DNA of 64,000 nt from Raja brachyura (taxonomy: Eukaryota), in the NCBI GenBank assembly GCA_963514005.1, contig OY740798.1:31682001-31746000 (forward strand), in the 5' to 3' direction. Shown one piece after another: positions 12,642 to 26,339 of this stretch. Numbering within the stretch: the stretch's first letter is position 1; each line of letters starts with the position of its first letter. The notes under the pieces were generated by a model that ran no database searches, was not told the DNA's origin, and saw only the letters and a program-made list of their open reading frames with translations. The position numbers were made by a program, and so were the translations under genes.

Positions 12642-14093
12642 GATGGCAGCCTCGCCAACGGTCTGTCTGTTTTTTTGTCTTTTTTGTTATTTTTAGTGTG
12701 TTTTAAAAAGTGTGTGTGAATGTTCTCTGGTTTGTTTTGTGTATGTGTGTGTGTGGGGGGGGGGAATCTCTTACCCTGCTGGAGATGCGATTGTTTTCAG
12801 GATCATATCTCTGGTCGCTCTGCGGCCTAACATCATGGAGCTAGCGGCCTTACTCGAGACTTATTTTGAGTCCCACCGTGAGGCCTGTTAATTCTGGTCA
12901 AATTGGGGAGGCCAGGACCCTAAAATTGAGTAAAGGCATCAGGGCTGCTAGGCCATTTGGTCAATTTAAAAGTGCTTTCTGTAGAAATGGGATAAGCTGC
13001 AGAATGGTGCCAATTTGTCTCGGGCCGAGATCAGAGCTGCAGGAAGAGAATGGGAGCATCTGCAGACAATGACAATTAGATGCAAAATGCATAGAATGGA
13101 TTGGATGAATGCAAACCAGACATACACATTGTAAATAATGTTGCAAAGCTTCACTTTGCTGAATGTTGATTGGATTAAGTATTGAACCTTGTCTGGTTTT
13201 CTTGCATATCAGGGCAAATGTTGCAATGTTCGTTTCCTCTGAAACACTGTTTGAATACAATGTATTTGCCACTGTATTATTGGGTTAGGGAAATGTCTGT
13301 CATGCATGGGGTTAATCGATATCTGTAATTGGATTGTAAAGAGACCACCCCCATGCGGTTTGGCCCCTCGAGGTTCGGAGACCTATAAAAGTCTGCTACC
13401 ATGAGGTCCTGCATCGATCTTCTGGAAGAGCGCTTAGTACTATGTGACCTTCTGGAGTGTCTCTGTTTAAGTGAGGCCAAGAGGGCTTGATCAGGCAGAT
13501 ACGAGGATCAAACCCGCGGTGGTTAGGTATATTGGACTGTAATTGTGTTTTGTCAAAAATAAAGTTTAGTTGCGCAAGTGCTTTTTGACTGAAACTAGAC
13601 TGTGGGAAGCTTAGAATGAGTTATTTACAGACTAACTATCGGAGCCTGCGAACCCATGCCTGGGATAAATGCCAGTGGATTCCAACATCGAGAAGCTCGC
13701 AGTCTTGGGTAGAGACTGATTGTTGGAAGCTCGAAAGTCACAAAAGGTTCGACCAGCGACCTAGGGTCCGATCGCCCAGCACGGGAAGCGGAGATCCTCC
13801 CGATGTGGGAGCTTGATCGCCCTGAAGCGGACGGCCCAACCGCCGGCTACGGGACCCAGGATCGTCCCATCAGGCTCGAGGCCCCCCGACCGTGGGAGAA
13901 CATAAATGGGAAGAGATTGAACTTTTATTTTCGCCTTCCATCACAGTGAGGAATGTGGAGGAATCACTGTTGTGGATGTTTATGTTAAAATGTATTTTCT
14001 GTGTTTTGTTGCTTTTTATTGGTATGACTATGGCAAATCAAATTCCTTGTATGTTGCAAAACATACTTGGCTAATAAAATATGATTATGATGA
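12642..14093 (+). mobile_element. Non-coding retroposon (GATGGC-type 5' end, AATAAA plus short-repeat tail) split by a solo LTR
   Basis: Colinear with the minus-strand relative at 58397-59207 (GGCCTAACA.CATGG...GACT.AC.ATC.GGAGCC). Confidence 0.5.
12886..13629 (+). mobile_element. Probable solo LTR
   Basis: TGTTA...TTACA termini, TATAAAA at ~13384, AATAAA at ~13558; host element resumes at 13630; TSD imperfect (GGCC/GACT). Confidence 0.55.
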
Positions 14094-14991
14094 TCAAAAA
14101 TGTGTTTTCATTACTAGCGCAGATCAACCTCCGGTCATACAAGTTTAGGTACAGACCCCACCCCGTTGACAGAAGTTTATATTCCTCGTTAGCTCTCTGC
14201 CCCATAACTTTGCGAACAAACCATCACATTCTAATCAAATGGCCTCTGGTGAGGGCAAGAGCCCTACAAATAAATTATTTAAATAAATATTACTTAATTT
14301 TCCTATGTTTTAGGCCATGAGCTATTTAGTTCTTGATTTCTCAGAAATTAGCCTCGGGGGCATTGAAGACTGATTAGATTTTCGTATAAAATTAGTGGCC
14401 TGTGACCGTGTAAGCCCAACAACGCTATGTACAGGACACGATGTGTCTGAATCAGAACAGAAAGCTTACACCCTCGAGCAAAGCTTGGGGGACTAAGCGA
14501 TCATAGATCATAAAATGAAAAGCAAGACCTCCCCAATGGAGTTTTTACATTGTGTGACTCACGACAGTAAAGAGACATTGCAGATTTTCACATGTAAACT
14601 CAATTAACATTTTAAAGTTCTTACATTTGAAGCAAGGCCGACCAGTTTGCAGAGGCTCCTGCGGGCATTTAAGAATAGATTTAATCAGCTCTTGTGCACA
14701 TCGATCAGACCCACTGCCCAGCCCCATGCAACCCTGTCTCGCAGCAACGAGCCACCAACAGTCCAGAGGTCCTTTGAGAACTGAGGGGGCAGTGAAGCAT
14801 GACCAGGTCTCCAGAAAAGGCCCTACCTCCAGCATTTGTCACTTGTACCGTCCATTTTTACTGTTTTTGTGTGTCCCTCATGGTCAGTGACATTCAGCAA
14901 ATGCTGAACTTGATTTAATATGAAAATTAAACTAAAAGTTAATGCATGAAAAAAACATATTAAATTGTAGTTAATTAAATTTAAACATATC

Positions 14992-15272
14992 TAGTTTAGA
15001 GATTCATTGCAGAAACAGTTCTTTCGGCCCACTGAATTCACGCCGACCAGTGATTCCAATAAATAACACTATCCTACCCATTAGGTACAATTTATAATCA
15101 TTACCAAAGCTGGTTAACCTACAAACCTGTACATCTTTGGAGTGTGGGAGGAAACCAGAGCATCCGGGCAAAATCCACGCGGTCACGGGGAGATCCCCGT
15201 ATAGACAGCACCCATAGTCAGGATCGAACCCGGGTCTTCCACTGTGAAGCAGCAGCTCTACCACTACGCCTC
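14992..15272 (-). mobile_element. V-SINE/HE1-like tRNA-derived SINE
   Basis: B box GGTTCGATCC; core TTTCCTCCCACACTCCAAAGATGTACAGG. Confidence 0.85.
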
Positions 15273-16929
15273 CACTTACTTTTCAATTAAGGTCGGTGGC
15301 CTCTTTCAACTAAATGTGCTGTCTAGCACACAGCAGAGTAGCCAGTTATGAAGTCTTGTCACCCCTCAGCACATTAAGTTATGCAATGACGTTGGAATTG
15401 ACAGCAGGTTCAGGAATGAAGTTGAAGGGTGGATTTGACATCCAGTCTGCAACAAAAGACTGGAATGCATTGACAAATACAGTGCTTTTGGATGGCAGCT
15501 CACTCTGGAAGCTCCAGTTAGCCCGCATCGAGGTTTCGCCTCGTGTTGTCAACATGCAGTGGGTATATAAACAGAACTCAACCAAGGAGAAATTAGAAAT
15601 GTTCACATAGCAACAGAAAACAATAGCAGGCAATAATAAGGGGATGAGGGAGTGGTCCTTTTATGATACGATACGATAGAACTTTATTTATGCCACGAGA
15701 GAAATTGATCACGAATGCCAGAATGCCTCTGTCACAGACTGGGAGCACAACTTGGGATCCACCACCTGAGATCAACAGCAAACTTTCAATAAATGTCTCT
15801 AATTAACTCAAACTTTGAAAGAAAAAGCTGCGGCAGATGTATCAGAACGCTGAAATAACAGAAGTTCAACACGTATTCTGAAAATTACATAATCCTATCT
15901 ATAGTCATGATGACAATCTCAATGAAATTTGTCCTTTGGTAAACAATGAGTTCAACGAGGCAAAGGCTGTCAATGCTGAGAATTAAAAATGGTGCGCACA
16001 AGAATAGCGCAACTCATGCTTACCACATAAAGGGTTCAACAGGAAATGGCTTCCACACTATTCCCCAACCTTTGTTAGGCTCGGTACAAAATGAAGCCTC
16101 TTTACATAACCCCATGAACTTTAAAGTTATCAGCAATATTTAATACACAGTGAATTTTCAGGTGCTCACGATGTTCTCCAATACCGAGCTCAAAATCACC
16201 TATCGACACATCATTTCATCTATAATTTTGCAGCTGTTCTTGTTCTTTGATAATGACTGTGACTGGGGACAGAGTTGAGAATGCTCAAAAAACTTTCATG
16301 CAAATCCTCTTTGGATAGGAGGGGGGATATAAATGGTGTGGGGAGGGGGAGATGTGGAGGGGGTTAGGGTAGAATAGAATCAAAAACTCTTAATCCTCTT
16401 CAGACCTTCCAGACGCAAAGGAAAAGTGTCAATCCCATTCACCACCCTGTTCATAATGTTGCTATAATTTGTGTGGCAAAAATCCAGATTTTATTTAAGA
16501 TTACTGAAGGCGTGAGCTGCATTTAACTGGAGAAGGGTCCCAACACTAAACATCAGCTATCCATGTTCTCAAGAGATGCTGCCTGGCCTACTGAATTACT
16601 CCAGTACTGTCTTTATTTTTAATAAACAAGCATCTGCAGTTCCTCAAGTCATGTTAACTACTAGTTTGAAATGAGACATTGATCAGGATATTTCAAGCAG
16701 AGAAGTATTCCAGATAGCATTGTGCCGAGTTTTATTCCAGAAATGAAGATAAATTAATTGCTTCACATTTCCAGAGGACTGTGGAAAATGAAATAAGAAT
16801 CAATTTGGTGTCAGATACATGACAGTATGGAACAAGCTCACATTTCAAAAAAGTACTAGAAAAAATAAAGCCCACCCACCCCCCACCAAGCCTTTCTCCC
16901 TCTTCCCTTTTCCTCGAGGTAGATTAATA

Positions 16930-17086
16930 AATGCAGAAACAAAAGAGCTGGAGGAACTCAGTGGGTCAGGCAGCAGCTGTGGAGGAATTTGGGTCGAGAT
17001 CCTCCTTCAATCCTGAATGGAAATACCATCTGTCCATTCCCTCCACAGATGCTGCCTGAGTTCTTCCAGCACTTTGTTTTTTGCTC
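16930..17086. repeat. Inverted pair of Penelope-derived short repeats
   Basis: GCTGGAGGAACTCAG..CAGGCAGC..TGTGGAGG versus CCTCCACAGATGCTGCCTGAGTTCTTCCAGC. Confidence 0.65.
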
Positions 17087-17519
17087 GAGACCTTTTACAC
17101 AAGACCTTGCTAATTCCGCCCCTCATAGCAATTTTAAATGGCAGCACTCAATACGGGCCTGTAAACATAGGCATTGTGAGCGAATAAATCTTTTTTTTCT
17201 AAGACAGGACATGGCAGCAGAATTTTGGACAGAGGGAGTGAAGTTGGTCAGGAGAGTATTGTAAGTCAAGCTCAAGGCTAAAAGGCATGGGTGAAAGCTT
17301 CAGCAAATGTGCTGAGAAATTGTTGGGGTCAGCAGTGGGTGGAATTAGATGGACCAGAAAGATTTTTATCTCTGGATTGTACATTAAACCATAATTGCAA
17401 GTAGTCTGCTTCAGCATGAAGTGAGTGAATACATCAAGGACCGAAAACAACCCGATCGTTTCTAAATCTTAACGTCAGAAGGCTTTAATGCTGATCCATA
17501 ATTTGCATTTATAGAAGCA

Positions 17520-18450
17520 AGCAACAAATGAGAGACAGTGGGAGTAAAGAGAGGAAGTGGTGGCAGTGTAAGACATTGTCAGCGCATAAATGTAATGATG
17601 TGGTTTCTATAACAAAGGTGCAACATTTAGGTAGAAGTCAGAAAGGGTACTCTGTAACAATGTAGCGAAAGGAAATGAAACTATTACAGCATACAGCTTA
17701 CAATTGCACAGATGAATAACAAACCGGACATGAACAACCAGTTCAATAAGGTTGACACGGGGAACTGTTTAGAGACGATTGGCTAGAGAGTGTCAAAAGC
17801 TGCAGAAAGGTCAAGGTGGATGAAGGTGGATGAATATACAATCACGGTTCCCCAGAGTGCACTTGGAAATTTGCTAAGGGCTGTCAGTGCTGGGAGAAGG
17901 ATGAATACCCAATTGGATTGGAAAGTGGAGTAAGATGAGCATGATCGTGCATTGGGTGGCACTTTGGGGTGTTGGGGGGTGGGGTTGGAGGGAACAGATG
18001 TTAGAGATGAAACAGTAGCTCTGCAGCACCGAGGAGTTGATTCGGGTTGTATTTGAGGGGTGATGACAGTAGTTTGAAGGGAAAGTTTTGCTTAGTCTTT
18101 AAAAATGCAGTTGAGACTTCAGGGGTAAGAGAATTTTTAAACAATAGGAAGGGAATCGGAATTGAAAGTGAGAAATGATTAAGCAAATCAATCATGATTA
18201 ATATAGAGCCAAAGTCTAGGCAGCCAAAATTTTAAAATGCTTTTCAAGGTGACTTAAGGAAATATTTTCTGAGAATAGACACAGAATGAATTGGGATTAG
18301 AACCATGAAGTAGAAGCAAAGCAGGAATAAATAAAAGGAAGTGATAGAAAATGGGTTATTAATCATTGACAGGATACAAATGGTGGAGGCTATACAGGAT
18401 GAAATGATTGAAAGAAATGGGGAAAGGAGGTTAAGGGAAAAACAGCCAAG
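17520..18450 (-). mobile_element. Ancient L2 LINE RT fragment
   Basis: Reverse complement of 17789-17817 encodes LDLSAAFDT; purine-rich plus strand. Confidence 0.6.
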
Positions 18451-19764
18451 GATAACAATAGTTAAGTTGTTGCACTGCTAAGGAACCTCAAGAGAGATAC
18501 TAGTCTATGACACACCTTGAATATAATACAACTGTCTAGCCTCGTAAATGCAGCAGGAGACCCTTGCTCCCCTTATGAACATCGCGCAATTTTATAAACA
18601 TTCTTACAATTTCACCTGCTCAGATTGCCATTATTTTGGCCAACAAAGGCACTAATGGAGCTCTTTGCCCATGTCCAGTTATATTACCTTATTATATCCG
18701 ATCAATCTTTCAGATGAAAGGTTAGGTTGAGGCTCTGTCCACACTCTTAGATGGTGTTAAAATATCACATGCCATTTTGTCAAGGAGCAGGGGAATTATC
18801 CCTTGGGGTCCAAATCAATATTTAACTGTTAATCAACATCGTGGAAGGGGTCAAGGAAAGAACGTTCATGTTGCGGTCCTGTTTTCACCAATCTTTCCAC
18901 CACCACGCACAAGAAGCACAAGACAGACACCATTGTATGCAGATGCTGAGAAGTTTGTTCACCTCTGGCTGAACAACTTCTAATCTTGTGTTAAGATTCT
19001 AATCTTGTGATAAGAAGATGAAGAACATCATGGAAAATGATTATTAGTCATTACCAAAATGACGTGTGCGCAAGGTTGCCTTGCTAGACTTGGTTGTCTT
19101 ACATGCGTGACCTCATTTCAAAAACACCGTGTTGTCTGTAAAGAGCATTGATACATCACAAAGCTGTGAAAGAGATGATAAGTAAAAGCCTTTCTTTCTC
19201 TGTCTTAAGACATAACACTAGTCACCAGGCCATTTATCCATTGAATTTCTACCGGGGCTATCAGGCTGACATCAACATCCCAAAGAATTAGTAACTGGTT
19301 TACTTTCAGTATGTAAGATTTAAGAGATTACAATTTTTGTCTGCTAGCATGAAGGAAACCCACATGAAATGCATTCAGGCCACTTCAATCATATTTTATA
19401 CCTGCAGGGGGCTCAGAGGTTACTGAATGGTTGATTTAGGAAGTCGAAGAAATGACACTGCTGTAAATAGAAATCCTCTTTGAGGTCGACTGACAAAAGT
19501 AAAATAAGGTATACACTGTCACTAACTATGGTGTACTATCTCTAACAGCATCTTGTTGGAGGTGAGATGCAATGTTATAATGAAGAAGTTTGAGAAGAGG
19601 GTTGTTATGGTCACTATCTCTCTTGAATCTGGTCTGCATTGGGATAAGAATTCAAGAACATGCCTGGTTACCATTTGGTTTAAATATTTCTACCCAGACT
19701 GCCTGAATGGCTGAATCCTTATTGTGAAACTGTTACTCCAAGTCTAAACCTTTATTAGGAGAAA

Positions 19765-20900
19765 CACCTTTGATAAGGTTCTGCATGGTAGGCTGCACTG
19801 GAAGATTAGATTGCATGGCATCCAGCGAGAGCTAGCTGCCTCGATACAGAATTGACTCCATGGAAAGAAACAGAGGGTGGTGGTGGAGCATTGTTTTTTG
19901 GACTGGAGGCCAGTGACCTGAGGTGTGTCTCAGAGGTAGGTGCTGGGCCCATTGCTGCTTGTGGTTTATATCAACAATTCAGATTAGAAAGTACAAGACA
20001 GTTTGTAGGTGGCACTACAGTAGGTGGTATTGTAGATAGTGAAGATGGTTATCAAAAATTCCAGCAGGATCTTGATCAGCTGGGTAAGTGGGCTACAGAA
20101 TGGTGCATGGAGTTAAATACAGAGAGGTATGAGGTGTTGCATTTCCAGAAGCCGAACCAGGCCTTCACTGTAAATGGTAGGGCCTGGGAGAGTGTTGTAG
20201 AACAGAGGAATGTAGGAGTACAGGTACACAATTTCCTGAAAGAAGCGTCACAGTGATAGAATAGTAAAGAAGGCTTTTGGAACATTGGTCTTCATCAGTC
20301 AGGGTATTGAGTACAGTAGTCGGGGCATTATATTATGTTTCAACAAAACATTGGTGAGGTGGCATTTGGAGAATTGTGTTCATTTTTGGTGATCCTGCTA
20401 TAGGAAGGATGTCATTAAGTTGGAAAGAGCACAGAGAAGATTTGCGAAGATGTTGCCAGGACTTGAAGATCTGAGTTATAGGGTGAGATTGGCAAGCTCG
20501 GACTTTATTACATAGAGTGCAGGAGGCTAAGAGGAGATCTTATAGAGGTGTATATCACGAGGGGAATAGATAGGGTGATTGCTGAGGGTATTTTACCCTC
20601 AGAGGGATCAAGAAGGGGAAGGGGGAATCAAGAACCAGAAGAAATCAATTTAAGGTCAGAGCGGAAAGATTTCAGATGAACCAGAGAAGCAACTTTTTCC
20701 ACTCAGAAATGAGCTTCCATGTGAGGCACTTGGGCAGGTACAATAACAACTTTTAAAAAACACTTGGTCAGGTACATGGAATGTTAAGAGGGATCTGGGC
20801 CAAATGCGAGCAAACAGGACAAAGTTAGATGGGACGTTCCAGTCAGCATATTTGAGTTGTGCTGAAGGGCTTGTATCTGTCCTGTACGGGTCTGATTTTC
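19765..20900 (+). mobile_element. Old CR1 ORF2 3' part
   Basis: FDKV.HGRL; IVDSEDGYQKFQQDLDQLGKWATEWCME; HLE.CV.FW; RRLRGDLIEVY. Confidence 0.85.
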
Positions 20901-20949
20901 TATATACTCTGTTAGCCTGTGGGAATTTGGTATATTTCAACATCATCTT

Positions 20950-22250
20950 TGACCGAGGACTTAGCACCCAGCTTTACAACTGGATCCTTGACTTCCTGAC
21001 CCATTGACTGCAAAGTAAGGAAAGGCAACAAAACATTCTCCACAATAACCCTCAACATCGGTGCCCTGCCAGGCTGCATCCTGACCCCTTACTATACCTC
21101 CTTCACACTCACCACTGCATGGCTAAATTCTGCTCTAACTCCATTTATGAACTTGCAGATTACATCACTGTAGTGGGCCAATCTCGAACAATAACTAGAT
21201 GGAGTACAGAAAAGAGATGGAAAGCCGAGGTGCATGGTGTCATGACATCAGCCTCTCCCTCACATCAGTGAAATGAAGGAGCTGGTCATCGAGCTCAGGA
21301 AGTGGGGGGGGGGGGGGGGGGGGGAATAGAAAATAGGTGCAGGAGTAGGCCATTCGGCCTTTCGAGCCAACACCGCCATTTAATGTGATCATGGCTGATC
21401 ATCCCCAATCGGTAACTTATTCCTGCCTTCTCCCCATATCCCCTGACTCCGCTATTTTTAAGAGCCCGATCTAGCTCTCCCTTGAAAGCATCCAGAGAAC
21501 CTGCTCTCTGAGGCAAAGAATTCCACAGACTCACCACTCTCTGTGAGAAAAAGTGTTTCCTCATCTCCGTTCTAAATGGCTTACTCCTTATTCTTAAACT
21601 GTGGCCCCTGGTTCAGGACTCCCCCAACATCGGGAACATGTTTTCTGCCTCTAGTGTGTCCAAGCCCTTAACAATCTTATATGTTTCAATGAGATCACCT
21701 TTCATCCTTCTAAACTCCAGAGTGTGCAAGCCCAGCGACTCCATTTTCTCAGCATATGACAGTCCCGCCATCCCGGGAATTAACCTTGTAAACCTACGCT
21801 GCACTCCCTCAATAACAAGAATTTCCTTCCTCAAATTAGGGGACCAAAACTGCACACAATATTCCAGGTGTGGTCTCACTGGGACTCTGTACAATCCCAG
21901 TCCATCACATGTCCATGCAGGACCAGTGACACCCCAAACATCCTCTCTTCCCCCCTATCCCTTCAGGCAGAAGGTGCAAAAGCATGTACCACCAGTCTAA
22001 AGAAAAGTTTATTTGCCTCTGCTATCAGACTTTTGAACAAATCTCTCGTATACCAAGGACATACTCTTGATCTTCCAATATATTTCATTGTGGTCCTTTT
22101 TTTAAATCTGTACTTTCTCTACAGCTGTATACTCGGCACTTTACTTTCTCTTTTACACTACATATCGTACTCATGCGTGGTATGAATCTTCCTCAATAGT
22201 ATTCTAAATAAGATTTTGCACTGTATCTCGGTACGCATAACATAAATAAA
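20950..22250 (+). mobile_element. Degenerate Rex1 fragment interrupted by CR1
   Basis: LYNWILDFLT, GA.PGCIL.P, ELVI before; LP.GRRCKS and 3' tail after. Confidence 0.6.
21325..21895 (-). mobile_element. CR1 LINE 3' fragment
   Basis: ORFs 21613-21894 and 21295-21564. Confidence 0.92.
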
Positions 22251-22506
22251 CCAAGACTGGATGTTTCTGAAACAAACTAGAAAGACAAATGACACAAAAT
22301 TATTCATTAGAACATGAAGTGCCAAAGGCTGGAACATTCCCAGTTGGAAAGTGAGATGCTCCAAGTGCTTACTTACACTAGGCTTCACTGAAACATTGTT
22401 CAAAGACAGAGTGGGAGGGTTTGGAGAATTAAAATGACATGTGATATTCATTTAATTTTTCCCTATTAATTGCTATTGCCTGAACTGGTGGATAATTTCT
22501 GTAACT

Positions 22507-22630
22507 ACTGAAGAAGGGTCTCAACCCAAAACGTCACCCATTCCTTCTATCCAGAGATGCTGCCCATCCTCCTGAGTTACTCTTGCTTTGTGTCTGTCTT
22601 CGACATAAACCAGCATCTGCTATTCCTTCC
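22507..22630 (+). repeat. Penelope-derived short repeat with hammerhead-like core
   Basis: CTGAAGAAGGGTCTCAACCCAAAACGTC = CUGANGA-stemII-(G>A)AAAC. Confidence 0.65.
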
Positions 22631-23024
22631 AACAAACTTGGCAGGTGTTGCCCCTAACGTGGCAATATTGATAAGATAGTTTCTCCCCCCCCCCCCCGCA
22701 AATCCTTTTATATTCCATTTTGACATCAGTACATTATCCAATTGCAATGACTTCACCTTATTTGGGTTAATAAAATACATGTTACTGCAGCAAGGATCAG
22801 GGATCCATTTTTGACATCAACAACAGAAGAATACAGTGTACTGTGTTAGCTGACCTCTGGCAAGGAACTGCAGCCTATCCAATTGGCCTCAGGATCTGAA
22901 ATGAGAAAAGCAGTTCCCAACTCCCAGAGAGAATAAAGGTGGGAGGTAGAGGGTGAGACAGGGGGAGATGGGGGAGGAGAGGGGGAGAGAGAGAGTGGGG
23001 GGGGGGGAGAGGTGAGGGGGGAGA

Positions 23025-23372
23025 GACAATAGACAATAGGTGCAGGAGTAGGCCATTTGGCCCTTCGAGCCAGCACCGCCATTCAATGTGATCATGGCTG
23101 ATCATCCCCAATCAGTACCCCGTTCCTGCCTTCTCCCCATATCCCCTGACTCCGCTATTTTTTAAGCCCTATCTAGCTCTCTCTTGAAAGCATCCACCGC
23201 CCTCTGAGGCAGAGAATTCCACTGACTCACCACACTCTGTGAGAAAATGTGTTTCTCATCTCCGTTCTAAATGGCTTACTCCTTATTGTTAAACTGTGGC
23301 CCCTGGTTCTGGACTCCCCCAACATCGGGAACATGTTTCCTGCCTCTAGTGTGTCCAGGCCCTTAACAATCC
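23025..23372 (-). mobile_element. CR1 LINE 3' end
   Basis: Same family as 3410-3990; GACAATAGACAATAG tail. Confidence 0.92.
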
Positions 23373-23374
23373 CT

Positions 23375-25070
23375 TAGGTGAGAAGTTCCGAATACCATCT
23401 CTAGTTGGAGGTATTGGAGATTTACACGAGTTACCAAATCTTCAATTGTTGGTATCAACTAAATATATACACTAGAAGCACCCCATAGGTAAGGGGCTAT
23501 TGAGCGAATATACATATTCTACATGCTCAATTTCAAGTTGCTGCTCTACGATGGGGATATATGTTAGTCACATGGCAATCAAGTAAATGTATCCTGTAAT
23601 AATTACCTAATCTCCTTTGCCACTGGTGTATCATCCAGTTCAGATCGATGACAACACAGAATAGGTATTGGATCTCAAAGTATGATGAAAGTATGGTTCA
23701 ATACTACATCGAATATCGACATGTTGGTGCATGTTTATTCACTGATTGCAAAAATATGTGGCACAATAGTGCGGAGAAATCCATTCTCGCTACAAAAGGA
23801 GGAATGTTCTTTTATGTTTTCCTTCATTTTTTGCCTCATTGGTCAGGTCTTAAAACAGTCAGCAAGACCTCGCTTGGATTCGTACTGTCGGACTGGCTAA
23901 GCAGCCATGTTCCCTGATTCATCAGGCATAATGGCACAACGGTATACGGCTATTCCAAAAAACAAAAACTTGCTGGTTCAAACTGTGGTTCAGGAGACCG
24001 GCCTTTGCACAATAAAACAATTATTGACTTTCACATTTTGAATGGATTGACTTATGCCTCAGGTTGTCACATCAAGTCATGAATGTGCTCACTGCAGAGT
24101 GCAGGGATAGCACCCAAAAAAGCAGTAGATTCCTATTGAGGGGGTCAGAATTGCCATTACAGTTTACATTCTGGTCTACACAAGCAGAGCAGACCAGGGG
24201 TGGCATGATTTAAGATCATTTTTCGGATACCCCATGGTCTCACGTCTATGTTATCAAGGCCACCAGAATCCTAAGAAGTGTGGAACCAGCATTGTTTATT
24301 AATCAACAAACAACTACACAAAGGAAGGTCGGTTCAGACTATTTCAAGGTGGCTGCAGCAGGATCTGGGTTATGCAGGTATTAACACTGATGATTGTACA
24401 TCTCATTCTACCAGGTCAGCATCAACGTCAGCGGCCAGGGCAATGGAAATGCCCATCGACCATATCCTCGTGACCGCAGGATGGTCAACTAAATTGTTTT
24501 TAAAATTGTTTCCATAGGCCGGTTACGTACCCGGGGTTTTGCCAATTCTGTTTGCATCCACTTTAGCTTCCCCCGAGTTACAGGGGTTGCTATTGATTTC
24601 TTTTTTAACGTAAACTATTAGTACATGTGAATCAATATCATGCTACTGCATTTTGATTATTCACTCATCCCCAGTCAATCGATGCAGTGAGACGCCGAGA
24701 TTTCGATCTGCGGCATGAAATCACAAAGCTTCGAAGTCTTCACGGAATCACTCACGTGACTCCGAAGTAAAATAGTAAGATTAAATGAGAACTTACCAGT
24801 TTGAAGTTTGATCTTGATTTTATGAGGAGTTACGTTGGTGATTACGTGCCCGCCACGCCCAACCCTCTCTCATAAAGATCATCTGGTAGTTCTCGAGTCA
24901 AGCATCTTACTATGTCACTTCGGTGATTGGTATTTGTGATTTCATACCGCTGCTTTGAAGATTGACGCGCATGCGGCCTAGACGGGGTTCTTCATGTAAT
25001 CACCAACGTAACTCCTCATAAAATCAAGATCAAACTTCAAACTGATAAGTTCTCATTTAATCTTACTATT
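23375..25070 (+). mobile_element. DIRS1-like tyrosine-recombinase retrotransposon, right part
   Basis: YR C-terminal motif ISRWL...AGINT...HSTRSASTSAA...IDHILVTAGWS (24278-24517); 75-bp inverted repeat 24771-24845/24996-25070 consistent with ICR and right terminus. Confidence 0.88.
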
Positions 25071-26339
25071 AAACCTGACCATTTTATGGTCACTGCCTCC
25101 TAATGGCTCATTAACCTTGAGGGGGGAGAGGGGGAGAAAGGGGAAGGATAGAGGGAGAAAGGGGGAGGAGAGAAAAAGCTGAAATGCTAAAAGTAATAGA
25201 TCAGGGTAATGGGTTCCATCCATCCTTTTCTTAAAATATTTCTGTAGTGATTAGAACCGGCCTGGCTGTTTGTAGACATTTATTTTACACCCAGAATGGT
25301 CGCAGCTGAATGTATTCCGCACTTCCTCTTTTCACAGTCGCTAATCCCATGTGATTCATATGATATTTATAAAAGGGTGACAACCTAAACAATCTATTAA
25401 TACCATCAATCAATTTTCCACGAATGAGTAACAGTACATAAGATACGCAACCAAAATCAGTTCTGCCAGTTAGTTGTGATGAAAATCATTCAATACATTT
25501 TAGCGGATGCAGGAAACAACAACCAAGTTTTCTGAACGGTTTTATTTACACACCGCTGTAGCGGCAGGCGCTGCTAACATATTCATTCATTAGTGATTCA
25601 CAGATATATGAAACTATTAAACAATTCACATTTGTTTTATCTGCATTTACTTTTAAATACTTTGGTTTGTGTTGTTTAGTAAATAGGCCATATTAAATCA
25701 AACCTTTCAGGCATTTGAAGGTTTAAATTGAGTTGCAGATAGGGAACATAATAAATTTTAAGTTTTTACCATAACCAGAGTAAAGTTCAGCCTCTGAAAG
25801 ACCGATTAATATTTCCAGCATAACCTGTATTTATTTTGCTAGCTGGTATTAAAACTAATTTTCTTTATCCAGCTTTACTTAGATTGTTGTTGAAGTTTTA
25901 TTTTAATTACTGGGTTTACAAACTCTTAAATTAGCTACATATGTGCACATGCTGTCATCGGTTACTATATTTAACATTCATCCAACCGAGTTATAACAAA
26001 ATCAGTTTCAGAACTATTGTTGCCCTGATGGCAACTGCTGATACACTCTCTCCAATTGGACACATCCACTTACATTGTTCCAGGCAGCATAGATTCAGGT
26101 TGGCAAAAAGTTTATTCTAAGTACATGGGTACTATCAGGGCCAAACTCGCCGAAACCATTGGCAAGCTGCTCACCAAACTTGTGTTCAATGATGTACTTC
26201 TGTGATTAACAAAAGACCCTGTTGCATTGTATCTCTTTCTCGATTTTGTGAGCCAGACGTTAATCATTAACAGTGTCCTGGGAAATTGTCACCTCACGGA
26301 GTCAGGTCCAGTGTTAGAAAACCAAACACCAAAGCTTTG

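Noticed and set aside
15220-15272. tRNA-like A/B boxes (also ~32400, 33430, 44100)
   Set aside because: SINE heads, not tRNA genes
19402-19460. Minus-strand acceptor/donor pair
   Set aside because: Stop codons in all three frames
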